A stretch of DNA of 64,000 nt, from positions 9,796,001 through 9,860,000 of the forward strand of contig JAYWIR010000001.1 of NCBI GenBank assembly GCA_036172245.1. The letters are read 5' to 3'. Each line of letters begins with the position of its first letter. Positions within the stretch are counted from its first letter, which is position 1. This stretch comes from Raillietiella orientalis. Lineage: Eukaryota. This document shows, one piece after another, positions 11,101 through 24,200 of this stretch. The translations under genes and the position numbers were made by a program. The notes under the pieces are model-generated. The model was given only the letters and a program-made list of their open reading frames with translations, searched no databases and was not told the DNA's origin.

Positions 11101-14100
11101 AGGAAGAACGGCATTCACCTATAAAATACTCGTTTCGAAACTTCGAATGTTTATCATCGTAAAATGTGAGACTTTCGATTAAGAAGGAAGGAAATGCATC
11201 TTCCGTAAGAAATACCAGCATCAGAGGAACTTTCCGCGCTTTCTTTTGTCTACCAGCCAAAGATTTCCCGGCTAGTGGGAACCACTTCAGCCGGGCTTCT
11301 CATTATTTGACGGTGATTCCAAGACGAAAAATAATTCCAGTGCTAATTGGAGAATCCCCAATATTAGGGAAAAGTTTCCACGATTTCAACGGAAAAAGCT
11401 TCGTCGGTATGTCCCCTTCCTCCTTTTTTTTTTTTTTTTTTTTTCAAAATCTCCCTAATATTATTATTTTTGATTGGATCAGGAATCCCGTGATAATGGA
11501 TCTTATCATCACCCCGCAACCTTGGTATAATAGAACCTTTTCTCCTCATAATCTCAATTCTTCAGAAATTTTAAGACATGACTAGAGCCTTTCTGCAGGA
11601 AAGGTTGGGTGAATGAAAGGGAGGCCAGAAAGCTTTTGTTAAGATTACGCAATACATATAACAGCGATAAGGACTCCAGTTCTTGCCATCTATCATCTCA
11701 ACACCAAGGGGATTCCGAATTTTCTCGTGGGTGTTCAAACACGAAGCCAAGCGGGAGAAACCTTTTGTAGAGGAAGAAACCCGCCATGTCAACAACTCTG
11801 TAGAAAACTTGTTGTCTTAAGCAAATCTGCTCGCGCGAAGATAAGATAAACAGCAAGTAACGTTTTCGGGGATCAGGTATGGGAGGAGATGATGTCACGT
11901 CAGCGACGGAAGTCCGAGGAGTCATCTTCATCCCGTTTCGACGCCGCCCAGCTCGGTGCCCACCGCTCGCCTGAAGCGGGAAACACCCGCCCACCACAAC
12001 CCACGAAGACACCGACGGCGCGCCACCACCGGCACGGACTAGCGCACCTTTCCTCTCCCCCCACTTCCGGCTCCGAAAGGATCCCGGACGGGATCGGGCG
12101 GCGGGAATCGGAAAAGTGGATGGAGAACCCGACGGGAGGCAAGGAAAGGAGACTTTTTCTTCTGGAGCGCAGGGAGGGTGGACAGCATCCGATCGGCTGT
12201 GCAGAAGGTCGCGGATTCACGGCTACCGGGACACCGGGCGGGGGACGGGAATGCTCCCGTGCAAGAACAGGCCGAAAGTGACAACGCGGCTTCCGCTCGC
12301 GGAAGACTTCCCTCCCCTCCCCTCCCCCCCCCCCCTCTTCTTTTTCCTCGAACGCGCCGTTTTCGTTCATCTGCAAATCAAATGACGAGCGCGGACGAGG
12401 CTGTCGAACCGGGCGTTTGTCCTCCTCCCCCCCCTCCCCATTCCATCTCTGTACCAATTACTCCCAAAGCTACAAGAGTTCAAACTGAAAAGAATCGGCT
12501 CACCCTAACGGGAAGGAATCGGCGAAACACACGAAAGAAACAGAAACGAACCGAATGCAAGCATTTCGTACATCCTGGAGTTTTGCGCACTTGGGAAATT
12601 CCTTTCCACTTTGATTATGCATTCCGTATCGCAAAAAAATTGGCAGGAAAGGGGGGGAAGGGGAGGGGAGGGGAGGGGGGATAAGACATTATCTCTCTGC
12701 ACGCAGTGACTGCGTGCTGACGACGTCGCTGCACACGTCGAACACTTCACGCAACAAAGTGCACACACAAAACCAAACAAAGAAAGAAACAAAAAAAGAG
12801 GGGTTGTTTTGGGGGAGGGGGGTTTGCGACGGTTTCCGGCTCACCATACCTTCTTCCTCCGTGGGGGCGATCGTGGATCACCGATTTCTGCGGACCAGCC
12901 CGGAAAACCTACGCCGGCACCTCAGCAGCGGTCCACCGGCGCTGCTTCTCCTTCGCGGCACGACCGGAGACTGAGGAGCGGGGCCGAGCGCGGCGTGCCG
13001 CGCGGGGCAGCCGCACAAAAAGGGGGCGGCAGGAGGCAGCTCATGCGGGAGAGAGGAAGGGACCGAGCCGTCCCTCCGCGAGCATCCGGCGGGGACGGAT
13101 GGGGGGAGATGTGGAGCAGCTCGGGCCGCGTCCACGCCGCAGCCCGCCCGCCGTGCAGTTCAAGCGCGCGCTCCCGCTTCGGGGGCCGCGCAGCCCTGGC
13201 CCGCGAATCCGCCCCCTCCCCTGTCGGGAAAAGCTCCGCGCAACCTTCGCGGGGTCGCTGCCGCCGCCGCGAACGTGGCCACCGGGCACCCAGGGAGCTC
13301 GCGACCACCACCCTCCTCCAGCAGCATCCCCGGGCCGGCCGGGTAGAGAAGGACATCATCATCACCTTCGACCAACGTGTCCCGAGGAGGAGGAGGGAAA
13401 TCGGGAATTCCTTTTTCTTTCCTTCTTTTCTTTCTTTTTTCCAGGGGAAGGGGGGAGCAGGATCGAAAACTCGATTCGCCACCCCTCGGGAATCGTCCAG
13501 GAAACTATCCCCCGGCCCGTCTCGCAGCGTTTTCGCCCGCTCGGGAAAGCGCGAGTGACGCAGATTCCGCCGTGTTTGCTCTTTGAGGGACATTCCCTAA
13601 GAAACCCGTCATCGCGTACGCCATGTTGCAATTTTCCAAGGAACGAAAGAAACCTCACCCACTCCTGGGAAAGCTTCCGAGCTTCAAGGAAGAAGCAGAA
13701 GGAATTCGGGGGGAGGAATCTTTGTAAAAAAAATCCTCTGTGAGGGAAGCACTTTCTCCTCCACCGCCGCCCACCCTCCTCTCCACACAGAGAGGCGCGC
13801 CTCCGGCAAATTAATATATATATGTGTGTGTGTAAGGATGCTGGAGGGGAGGGATATCGATCTTCGCCGAGGACATAGGAACTGCGCGGATCACTCGAGA
13901 TGGGCACGAGCCCGCCTCCCCGCGACAGGCGCGCACGCGTGTGCCCGGGACGCTCGCTGACCTGAGAGGACCGCTCGCTCCATCCGGAAAGGGGGAGGGA
14001 AACACCGTTTCGGGAGGAGGAGGTCCACGTGAACCTCGACCGCTGCGCGCGTGGGCAACGGGCGACACGAGCACTGTTTTCCCCGTGTACAATGTTGTAA

Positions 14101-14620
14101 TAAGTCGGGCAAGCATGAAACATTTTTGCATCCATGATTTATGGAACGCTCCTTCGAAAAAGGGGGGAAGAGGAAAAGCTGAAGAGGCAGGACCGGAATG
14201 CTAAGGAGACGCGTCTTCGACGGAACCTAATATTTTGAATAGATGCGGGCTACTTGCACATGTGGTTCGCAGTATCCCCTGGACGGGGCAGGAGGGGGAG
14301 GGGACGGAATTCGTTCGGATAGCAGATAAACACTAATTTGGCTTTCCGTGCACATTTGCAGCAAGAAAAATCCTCAATCTCTGTTTCTCTGTTCCCCCTC
14401 CCTCCCTTCCTCCCTCCCTCCCCCTCCCCACGCTAAGAATAAAAGTTGCACCATCATGTCGACCGTTCGATCCAATACTCCCGAAGGCGATAAAATTTCA
14501 TTGTTGATGGAGAAATTATTCAGCAAGCTGGTTCCGTGTGCCCTGTCTATTTATCAGGGTCATTACATAGAAACGCCCCGGAGGAATCGGACCACACGGC
14601 TCCGAAAGCAGACTGGACGC

Positions 14621-14634
14621 GTCGCCAGGGCAAC
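14621..14634. promoter_or_regulatory. RFX X-box motif GTCGCCAGGGCAAC
   Basis: Fits the 14-bp X-box consensus GTNNCC-N2-RGNAAC; function is inferred only. Confidence 0.35.
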
Positions 14635-15875
14635 GGCAGCACCGCAGAGTCTCGGCGAGGTGCGGCTTTCCGGCGACCGGCCCGGGGGCGCGCGCAGCGG
14701 GCAAACCGGGGATTCCACCGGGCCCTTCCCCAGACGGACGCCGGTCGGGAGATGATGATCGCCCATCCCTCGGGAATGGGCGAAAATCCGCATCCGGGAG
14801 AGAGGGGGGAGGGGGGGGGGAAAGCGGGGTCCTCCGCCTCCCCGCTGCGGTCACGTGCGCCTGCGGAGAGGAGGCAAAAAGGAAAGATCCAGAGCGTCCC
14901 TTTTTCGGACAAACCTCCTTCAATTGCCGTGGACGTCGAGTTCCAAAAAAATATTTGTCATTCTCATTTTACTCACTCAGGGGGATTCTTCTTCTCCTTT
15001 ACTATTGTTATTATTATTATTATTTTATTTTTCCAAAAAAATGAAGCGCGTTGTGATTTTTTTTTCCCTCTCTCTCTTTCCTTCCTTTTTTTTCCCTCCT
15101 TCCCCACCTGACTGTGCAGAGAATGAAAAATGAATGATGTGTGAAAGAGATCACCGTCGGCATTCAGAGCTCCCCATGTTATGTCTTAATCTTTATCTGA
15201 TCCTCCTCCTCCCCGCTCGCGCCGTGCAAGATCCGTTGTCGCGCTCCGGGATGGCGCCGGTGTACCGGCACACGGCAACACTGCAGGCGCGCAGCAGCGA
15301 CACCGCCGCGTGCTCCCCCTCACTCTTCCCGCCGTCGTGGCACCAGCAGCGCGCCACCACCACCACCACCACCGTAGCGCTGCGGTCCGTCGGAGACTTA
15401 CAGAGAGAGAGAGAGAAGGCCTACGAAAGAAAAAAAAAAGAAAAAGAAGACGGAAACACTTCAAATGGTTGAAAGTGCGTTTTACGATTGCTTTCGCGTC
15501 GCGTGAACGCGTGATGCGACGCCATTGTGGTTGTTTTAAAGGAAGCTCATTTTATAGGCATTTATAGGTCCGCGTAATGATTTTGGCGGAGGAAGTCATC
15601 GCGACAGTCATCGCCAGTGCCATACCCATTTCGGAATATGAATTCGCACTGCCCGTAGGAACCTTTCGCAACCATCCGCATAAAAAGCAAGTCATTTGTG
15701 CTGAACTTTTTCGAATTCTGTTCGTTCCGGTTGCTCTTTCCCGCAGTCCCAAGGAGTCCGCAGCAACTTTTGGGATGTTTCCATAGCAAACCGCGTTGCT
15801 TCACGCTCAATTCATATGTGTGTACACACGTATATATTCTAAAAAATATAAAAAAAAAGACTCAAAGAGAGTATT

Positions 15876-16002
15876 AAATTTCAAACCTTGATCTGTTATT
15901 CAATTTAAAACCTTGATTTTAACTTTGAACCTTGATTTTAAATTTCCAGCCTTGATTTTAAATCGCGAGCCTTGATTTTGAATTTCAAACGTCGATTTCG
16001 AG
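15876..16002. repeat. Degenerate ~20-bp tandem repeat (core CCTTGATTTTAA), 6 copies
   Basis: Cores start at 15886, 15911, 15930, 15950, 15970 and 15990 (last copy degenerate: CGTCGATTTCGA). Confidence 0.8.
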
Positions 16003-18265
16003 CTGCAATTCGGGGGAAGAAATCGTGAGCCGCGCACGACGGAGTCTCCTTTCAGCTCTTTCGCTGATGCTCGCGGACCAGCGCGCTTGCGGATCAGGGC
16101 GTGCGCGCGCGAAGAAGGAACCCGACGCGGCTTTCCCCCCGGCTGACCGCTGACCTTCCGGGTAGCGAGAAAGCGCTTTGCTTCCCGCGGTCTTCCGCGT
16201 TTTCGCCTCGCCGCAGAGGGCGCTGGGCGCGCGAGCGCAGCTCCCGGGCGGGCAAAAGGAGCACCTCGGGTGCGCTGCCGCGGTCGCGCGAGAGCCCCGG
16301 ACACTCCAGGTCTCCTGGAGCCCGTAGGGGCGACCGGCGCTCAAACGCCTGCGCACCCGATCCGTCCGAAAGCCGGCGGCCTCCCCAGCAGTTCCCGCAG
16401 GCACCCTTGGTCAGCGAGCAGAGAACCCTGGGCGCGTCGCCGTCGCCTGCAGGAGAATCGCCAGCTGGACCGCGGGGTCCCCTGGTCGTCAAAGTATGGC
16501 GGCACTCGCACCCACCTCGTGGGAGCACCTGGCCGGCTCCTCATGCATCCCGGTCGCCCCTCGGCAGCAGGAGCAGCGCCTGCCTGAACCTTCCCGGCAG
16601 GCGAGGAGCGCCAAGCGCCTCCTGCCCTACTGGGCAAAGCCGGCGGCCACCCGAAGGGCAAGGGGAAGCGGGGGAGGGAGCCCCCCTTCACCAGCGGCGA
16701 GAAGAGGGGTAAGGGACTCGCGCGCAAATGGGGCAGGAGGAGGAACGTTCTCCCGTCTGTGGAGCAACGAGGTAGTCCGGAAAACGGTTCTCTGCGACAG
16801 AACCGGAGAAGGTCGGCAGGTGCCTTCCGGATGCATCCATGGCAACGGTCAAGCCCGACGGAAGAAGCACCGCTTTTCCAGCAGGACCGTCAGAGGGCGC
16901 GATCCCTCCCTCGGCATCGCCCCCAGCTGGGACGGCCCCGCCTCGGAGCAGCAGCGCCCGGATCCACGGGAAGCCTCCTGCAGGCACCCGGAGCGCAAGG
17001 GAGACCGACCTACGGGGAACCCGGAGGTATCCCACTCCCCTCCGCCCCCACTGTCTCCCACCTGTCGGTTGGCCTTGGGGAGGTCCAGCCCCGGACTGCC
17101 GCATTGGCGGGAGCCACGCACCTGCCACCCTCTCCGGTCCTGACGGTAGCATCCGCCCGCAGCCTCCCGAAACAGGTCCACCCCCTGCGGCTGCTTCGTC
17201 GACTCCAAGAAGACCCCGGCGCGCCGCCTCTCCTCGTCGGAAGAAATCTCGGGCGCGCCGCCCTGGAAGATCAGGCGCGCGTCCTTCGTGAGGGATGTGC
17301 GGCACCCGCGCTTCCGTCCTGCGCGTGCTGCCGCCGAGGTCGGAGCCGCGCACGCACGCGCGAGGCCCTGTCGACGCGAATCGAATGACCTTTTGATTGA
17401 TCGCTCACTTTGCTGGAGGAAGGTGGTGGGAGGAGGAGAGGGGGGATGGAGGAAGAGAAGGAGATGAGATGAGGAGGAGGAAGCGAGGGGAGAGGAGAGG
17501 AGAAACCCAGAGGGCACCTTCCGACCTCCTGGAGACCACCACCGGGCCCGCCGCGGTCTCACCTTAGGGAAAGACCGAGGGTCAGACTTGGACGGACGTC
17601 CCGGTCTGCTCCTCCACTCCCTGGCTCAAGCCATATGGCGTGATGTGGCCTGGAGAATGCGAGGGAGGGGAGACCCCAGCCTGCGGCCGCGACGGGGACC
17701 GCGCCTGCACGCGTACCCGCGCTCCGCTCTCCGGCATCGTCCTTGGGACGAGCGCCCCGCCGCGCGCGACCGCCCGCGAGGTCGACGCGTCCCGCGGAAT
17801 CACTTGGGCGACCGGGTGCCCTCCTTTGCTGCTGCGCCGCCCAGGCGGCGGGCGGCCTTCAGCTCGCTCTCCCGCAAGGGCGGAGGAGAGTCACAGCTGC
17901 CCCGAACACCCTCACCCTTCGGCGGCCCGCCCAGGTCAGCCGGATGCCTCCCCTGATCTTTCAAGGCCGCATCCTCCCAGCCTCCCCGCTCCACGCCCTC
18001 CACCTTCCCCGCGCACGCGCGCGGGCGCTCTCGGATAGGCGCCGGCACCGACCGTTGCCGTGGGCATGGCAACCGACGGTCCGGGCCGCGCTGTCAGCCA
18101 CACAAAATACATCGCGGCTGTCTGAGTTCCCCGGGAGAGACCGCGCACGCGCGCACCGTGTCCCCCCCCCCCCGCCCTTCCCTCCCGAAAGAGCCGCCTC
18201 TGCCCGGCGAGGAGACGCCGGGGAGACCCCACCCACCCGCAGCGTCCGCCGGCGAATGAGACGAT

Positions 18266-18279
18266 GTTGCCGCGGCAAC
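18266..18279. promoter_or_regulatory. Palindromic RFX X-box GTTGCCGCGGCAAC
   Basis: Perfect 14-bp palindrome matching the X-box. Related motifs occur nearby at 18054-18073 and 18755-18768. Confidence 0.4.
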
Positions 18280-21200
18280 CGGCCGACGCGCCGCACCCGC
18301 CGCTGCAATGTCGCCCGGGGACGGCGGCACGCACGTGGGCTGCACCTGCGCGGGGTGGCACCATGGTCGGGTGGGCGCGTCTCCTCCTGCGGCGGCCCGG
18401 GATGGGGGGGAGAGAGGAAAGAAGTTGCTCTCACTTGCTCAGGGAACGGGCTGCCGTCGCAGGAGGGTTCCCGGTGTAAGGAGAAGGCGGCCCTGGCCTC
18501 CCCCCTCCGCCTCTGGGAAAGGCGGAGCGCCCACTCTCTGCCCCGAAGCCCCGGTGATTTACGGCCGCGCGCGCGCCGCGTCCGGAGCGCCGCGGGCGTC
18601 TCCCAGGCCCCTTACAGCCGCCGCCGCCGACCCCTTCCGGCCCCCGCGAGACGCGGTCCGGAGCGGAGAAAAATGAGGGAGGCCGCAAATCAGGGGTGAC
18701 CGTCCGCCGTTCCGCCCCCTTCTCGGCTCCCCTTCTTCCGCGGACGCGCGCGCGGTTGCCACGGCAGCGTCCTCCCAATTGGACGCGAGGACTCTCTCGT
18801 CTCGAGGCAGGGCTGTCTCCAGGCGACAGACCCTCCATTCTCCGCCTCCGCCCCCGTGACTTCCCCGGGCGGCCATGGCCTGGCTGCTCGCCTGCAGAGG
18901 GAGGCGCAGCAGCAGCGCCACGGACGGGAGCAGCGGCTCTCGCGAGAAGCTACCTCGGCCTGCCGCCGCACCGACCGCCTCCCGCTCGGGAGCGTTCTTA
19001 CGGGTCTGTGGGGGATCCTAGCTCCCCACTCTCCCCGAGTCTCCTGCGAGCAGGGGAAGGGAGAGGGACTCCGACCCCGTGGCCCATCCAACTCTCGGCA
19101 TCACCGAGGAAATGGTGCCGCGCACCCCTGGCCGGGACGAGGAGCACCCTAGGATGCCGCTCATCTGCAACGCTGGAAAGGGGGGCCGGGGAGGGCAGCC
19201 TTCACACCTCCAGTGGGGTCTGCTCCTTGCGCCCTGCAGACTTGCCCACACGCGACGGAGGAGCTGACCCCTCCCCGGACCCTGAGGCTCCCTACCGGCC
19301 CTCGAAGACGGCTCCCTGCTCCCGCCTCATTTCTGCCCCGAGAGACATCACCGCTTCGAGTGCCGACAGTGACTCTCCTGCTTGAGGACGCGCGTGCCCG
19401 ACCCCCAGTGGATGCCCGCCATAGGGTGTTCCCACGCTGCTCGGCCCGAGGTCACTCGGGAGGCCGGTCGCGCCGACAGTCCCTCGCTGTGGAGTCCCGC
19501 CAAGGGCGCGCGGTCTCTCAGGGCAACCGAAATCAAAGGAGACCGCCCGCACGTGGGGTCCTCCCCTTCGGACCCCCGGAGGCGCGGCAGCGTCGAAAAT
19601 TGCAAGGCTCGGTGCCCGCGGCGAGGGGAGGAGGCGACCCCTCGTACGACCCCGAGAGTCCCCGCGCCGGTAGGATCCCCTTCGCACGAGCGCACGCGGA
19701 ACCTTAGCCAGGCGGCGCGTCGCGTCTCCCGGAAACGAGCGCAGGGGGCGGGGGTCCTTTGGAAAGGACGGGCGGATCAGAGCAGACAGGGACGACGCGC
19801 GCTCTCTCGACGACGGTGGCGCAGGCGGCGGCCGCCGCAGGAAACGCACCGCAGGTTGTCCTCGGAAGCACGCGTCTGGCCGGTCCGCTGATGATGCGCC
19901 TCTCGCGGAGGAGGAAGAAGGGGAGGAAGCAACTGTCCCCCCCTCCCTTCATGTTCCCCTTCCCCCTCCGCCGGGGAAGCCGTGCCGGGGCCGACCATAA
20001 ATCCGCGCCGGTTCCTCCGCGGAGATGAATCACCCAGGGGGCTGCGCGCGCGGAGATGAAAGGCGCCGCTGCCGCCTCTGCCGCGCGCGTGGGGGAAGAG
20101 GCGGAGGTCGGAGGGTGACGCGAGGACCTGCGGCGCCGGCCGCCGCGGCGACGTCCTTCCCGCCTCCCGGACAGGGGGAAGAGGAGGGAGGAGGGTCGGG
20201 AGAAGGGTCGGGAGAAGGGGGAGGCGGCGGTCCAGTACGGTGGCCAACGCACGCGGAGAGAGACGACCCTTCACCCCCGTGCTCCCGGGGGCGGCCCACA
20301 GGACCCCCACTCCCCGCCCCCATCGCGTGCCGCTCCACCGCTTCCTGGCGAATCGCCGGCGTCTGCCTTTCACCCCGCCCGCGTAACCAGGCAACGGCTC
20401 AGTCAGCCTTGGGGCTCGTGCGGCTGACTGAGCGGCGCCCTCCTGCTGCGAACAGGGGGGCACCCTCCTGTCCCTTCTTCCCTGCCCCCTAACCAGCGGG
20501 CCGCCGCACCCTTGCAGGGTGGCCTCTTGCTCTCTTCCAGCCTTCCTCTGCAGATGACCTATCGTACGAGGCGGGCTAAGGGGCGCCGTCAGTCAGCTGG
20601 GCACCCGCGGACGCGCTGGAACGACGAGGGAAGGCGCGCGCCGGAGCCACGCAGGAGCGTTCCTCGCTGTTCCTTTGCTGGCGCGATGACACCGTCGTCA
20701 GCAAGCCCCAGGACGAACAGAAGTCGCCGCCGGCTGGGGCGCCTGTTTCCGTGGGAACGGAGCAAAAGTCTCCCCCCTCGCTGGGAAAGGGACGGCGGAG
20801 GGGCTTCCGGGAGTGTCGCTCTCGGAGGGTGCAACCAAGCGTGGCCGGCGGAGGCCACTCCACGTCAGCCGCGCGCGAACTCGCAGTCGTCGCCGGGCGC
20901 GCCCTCCCGTAACCACGGGCATCGGGCCTGCCTTCGGGTTCGCACCTCCCCGCGACGCGAGCGTTCACCGCGCCCGCCCGACGCCGCGGTTCCGCGCGCC
21001 CTCGTCGCACCTCTGACGCACGCATCGCGCCACCCTCGCGCGAACTACGCTCCGCTCTGCGGCTCTTTTCGAAGCAGCGCGGCGCGCCACGAGGGAAACG
21101 AGCCCGGGGATCTCCGCGGGCGCCATCTAAGCGACCCGCGGAGAGGCACCTCGTTGCGGTGTTCTCCCTCCCGCTTCCCGGAACCCGAACGCGATTGGGG

Positions 21201-24200
21201 ATCGCTCGGCAAAAAAGCAGAAGTTACTCCTCTCCCATCGGAAGCGATCTCGGAAACGACCAGGGCGAGGAAGAATCGTCAACTGCGCGTGCGAGAAAAA
21301 AAAAAAAAAGGACGACAGGAATGCTGTGGCTGCAATCGGAAGATGGCGTTATGAAAAACACGAATCCGACTGTCAGCGCCCCAGATCGAAAACAAAGCGA
21401 CAAAGGCGAGAAAGAGGTGCCAAGGAAAAAAAAAAAAAAAGAGGGGGGGGGGGAACGAAAAAGAGGTCGCCACTTTGGCTTTGCTTTGGCTAGATCGCTT
21501 TCCTCGGCGGATCGATATCTCCATGGATACGCGCATGCGCGCGTGCGGAGCCATGCCAATGCGAACCGCAGCGCGTCGGCTGCGAATTCGCCGGTAGGCG
21601 GCATTCGTGGCTGCGCTCCGCGTATGTTCGCGTGCACTTTGGTCCGCTGCCGCCGCTGAGAGGGCGTTTCGTCGTTACGGGTTTTTCTGTCCGGCAGAAA
21701 GGCGGAGCCCGCGGGACCCGGTCCTTCCCCGGGAGTGGTGGCCAGGAGGAGGCGGGTTTCGTACGTCGTCCCCCTTTCTCCTCCCCTTCCCTTCCCTCCA
21801 ACACCTTCAGCTCAAACCGAAAGGCTCCTCCGTCCTGGAAGAAAGAAAGCTCGTCATTACACGGTCATTTGTTTCTGCTCTCGGGAGAAGCGGGTGTATC
21901 TGCGAGGAGAGCAAAAAACAACTGCCGCTGAAGCCCCCCCCCCCCCCCCTTCTTGACAGGAGCACGGGGAAGCGAGGAAAAAGGGAGGGAGGGGGGAGAC
22001 AAAAAGGAAAAGAGGAAGTAGAGGAGGACACTCGCCGTTCCTGGCTGGAAAAGGCCGCCGAGCGCGTGATTTCGGACCTCGTTTCCACTGGCGACGTGGG
22101 GACGAGGGTGCGGGAAGCGAAGAAAAAGGAAAAAGCGAAGGACGAGGAGAAGAAGGAAGAAGAAATAGCCTTTCCTTGAGGAATGAGGAGAGCATTCCTC
22201 TTGCCTTTTTGTTTTCTGTCGGATGATGGGAAGAGTAGCAGAGGAGGGAGCTGTTGGTCCCGGCGTGAGCCAATGAGGACAGTCCGTCCATCGTCCCTGC
22301 TGATTGACCCGCTGGGGAAAGCGGAGAGTTCCCCTGCCGGCGCGCTCGCCCTCCTCTACTTCACGGGTCATGTCGCCGCCGAAGGGCGATCGCGTTGCTC
22401 CTCCTCGTTCCCGTGGCGACCGTTCCTTTCTCCTCACCACCCTTCCACTCCCACACTCCCCCCCCACTCTTGCGACGGGTTTCCGTTCCCATGGCGCCGA
22501 GTCGAAGGATGCTCTCGCGCGCCTCCTCGCCGCTTTCGCTCCCGCCTCCGCCGCAGTCCCTTTGCCCTGGTTTCACCCGACCTCCGAAGACCTTCCAAGA
22601 CTTCCCGAAGAGGCAGTGCTCCGCTACAGTCCCCCGGGATTTCCTTCCCAGACGTGCTCCGCAATGCAAAGAGGTACACCACCTCGTTCGGTTGCTCCTG
22701 ACAACGCCAGCAGTCCGAGCGGTCGGCTCCCCAAGGAGACCCACGAGAAGAAGCACTTGGAACCCTCCGATCCCTGAGATCGTCCCCAACATGGAAGGAC
22801 AGGGTGACTGGGATCTCTCCCGCCCCACGACAAGGAGGGCGACCCCTTGGCAGAAGGGGGCAGCTGGCAGCGCTACAGCAGACAAGACTGCGGCTGGACA
22901 CCCGCGGTCGCCAAACAGCGCGCGCGCGCATCCCCACCCGCGTGGTATTCCTCCTTCCCGGAAAACAGTCCTCGGGGGACGTCTGGCGATCCCTTGGGAA
23001 TAGCGCCCTTTGAGTCCCGCCTCTGCCCGAGTGCAGAGAGGCGAGACTCGCAGGGCGCCACTCTGGCGGGAGAGCGCGCGACCTCCATCGGAATCGCAGA
23101 GCGGAAGAGGCGCTGTCCACGAGAGCGTCCCTCCCCTCGATCCTCCAAAGCTAGGGCCTGGCCTTCGCGCTGCCCTTCCCCTTCCACCCCCATCCCGTAT
23201 CCCTGATGACAACGAACACTCTGAAGACGGGCCTCTTGAAGAGGGAGGGGAGGGTCCGTACGAGTCCCCGAGTCCTGGGCACGGCGAGCCTCCAGCAGGT
23301 CCGTGGTCCACGGGCGTCCAGAAGGCAGAGCTCCCTCTGTCGTTCCTTCCGAAGGTGCCGACCGTGTCTTCGAGAGGCGGAAGGGCAGTTGTCCTCGGCG
23401 ACGACCTGCATAGCCACCTTGGAGGGCAATCATCCACCCCATCGGGAACCTACACTTCCAAATAGGACCCCCGGAACATCCCGTCTCCTCCGCGGCCGCC
23501 AGCTCGCTGTCGGCCGTGCTGTCGGGGCTGACGAAGCGGCGCGCGCGCGGGTGCCAAGCAGAGCCGGCAGGGGTTCCGAACGCGCGCGCGCCCTCTCTCA
23601 TTCGCCTGCGAGGCACTTCCGTGATGTGGCGCTACAGGTTCTCCTTTTGTTTTTGTTTTTTTTCCTGCTTCATCCCGCCCACTGCCGTCGCCACGCCTTC
23701 CGTCTGGGTTTTCAGCACCGAGGAAAAAGAAGTTCTGCGAGAGCCACCTTCGCTTCCGGTCTGTGCGCGCACGGTGGCGCTTCTTCGGCCTTCTCGTTCC
23801 CCGCTCTCGCGCCCAGCCCCCTCCGCCGACGAAGGTGCGCAGTGCAGGGGAGGAGGGAAGGAGAAGGCGCTACCCGGCGCTTCCCCCCCCCCCCCTGCCC
23901 CGCGGACGCCTGCCGCGCGCGTGCGTGCACTCGATGGAATGCAGCTGCTAGTGCTGGAAACGCGAAAGGGAAGGGGGAGGAAAAGGAGAGGAAGGGGGGG
24001 GGTAGGATCACGAGCAGAGGGGAGGGACGCGCGAAACTCGCGCAGAGTCCACTCCCGCGGACTGCGCGCGCGGCTCGCGAAAGCCGAGGCAGGAATTTCA
24101 GGAAAAATCAATGGAGATTCGCCCGCCCGACTCCCGTTGTCCTTCCGCGCTGTTCCATCAGCACACACGGCAGCTTCCAGTTCGAGCTTGGAAATTAACG

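Noticed and set aside
15876..16002. CRISPR-like array
   Set aside because: Eukaryotic context; the units are contiguous ~20-mers with no unique spacers, and there are no cas genes.
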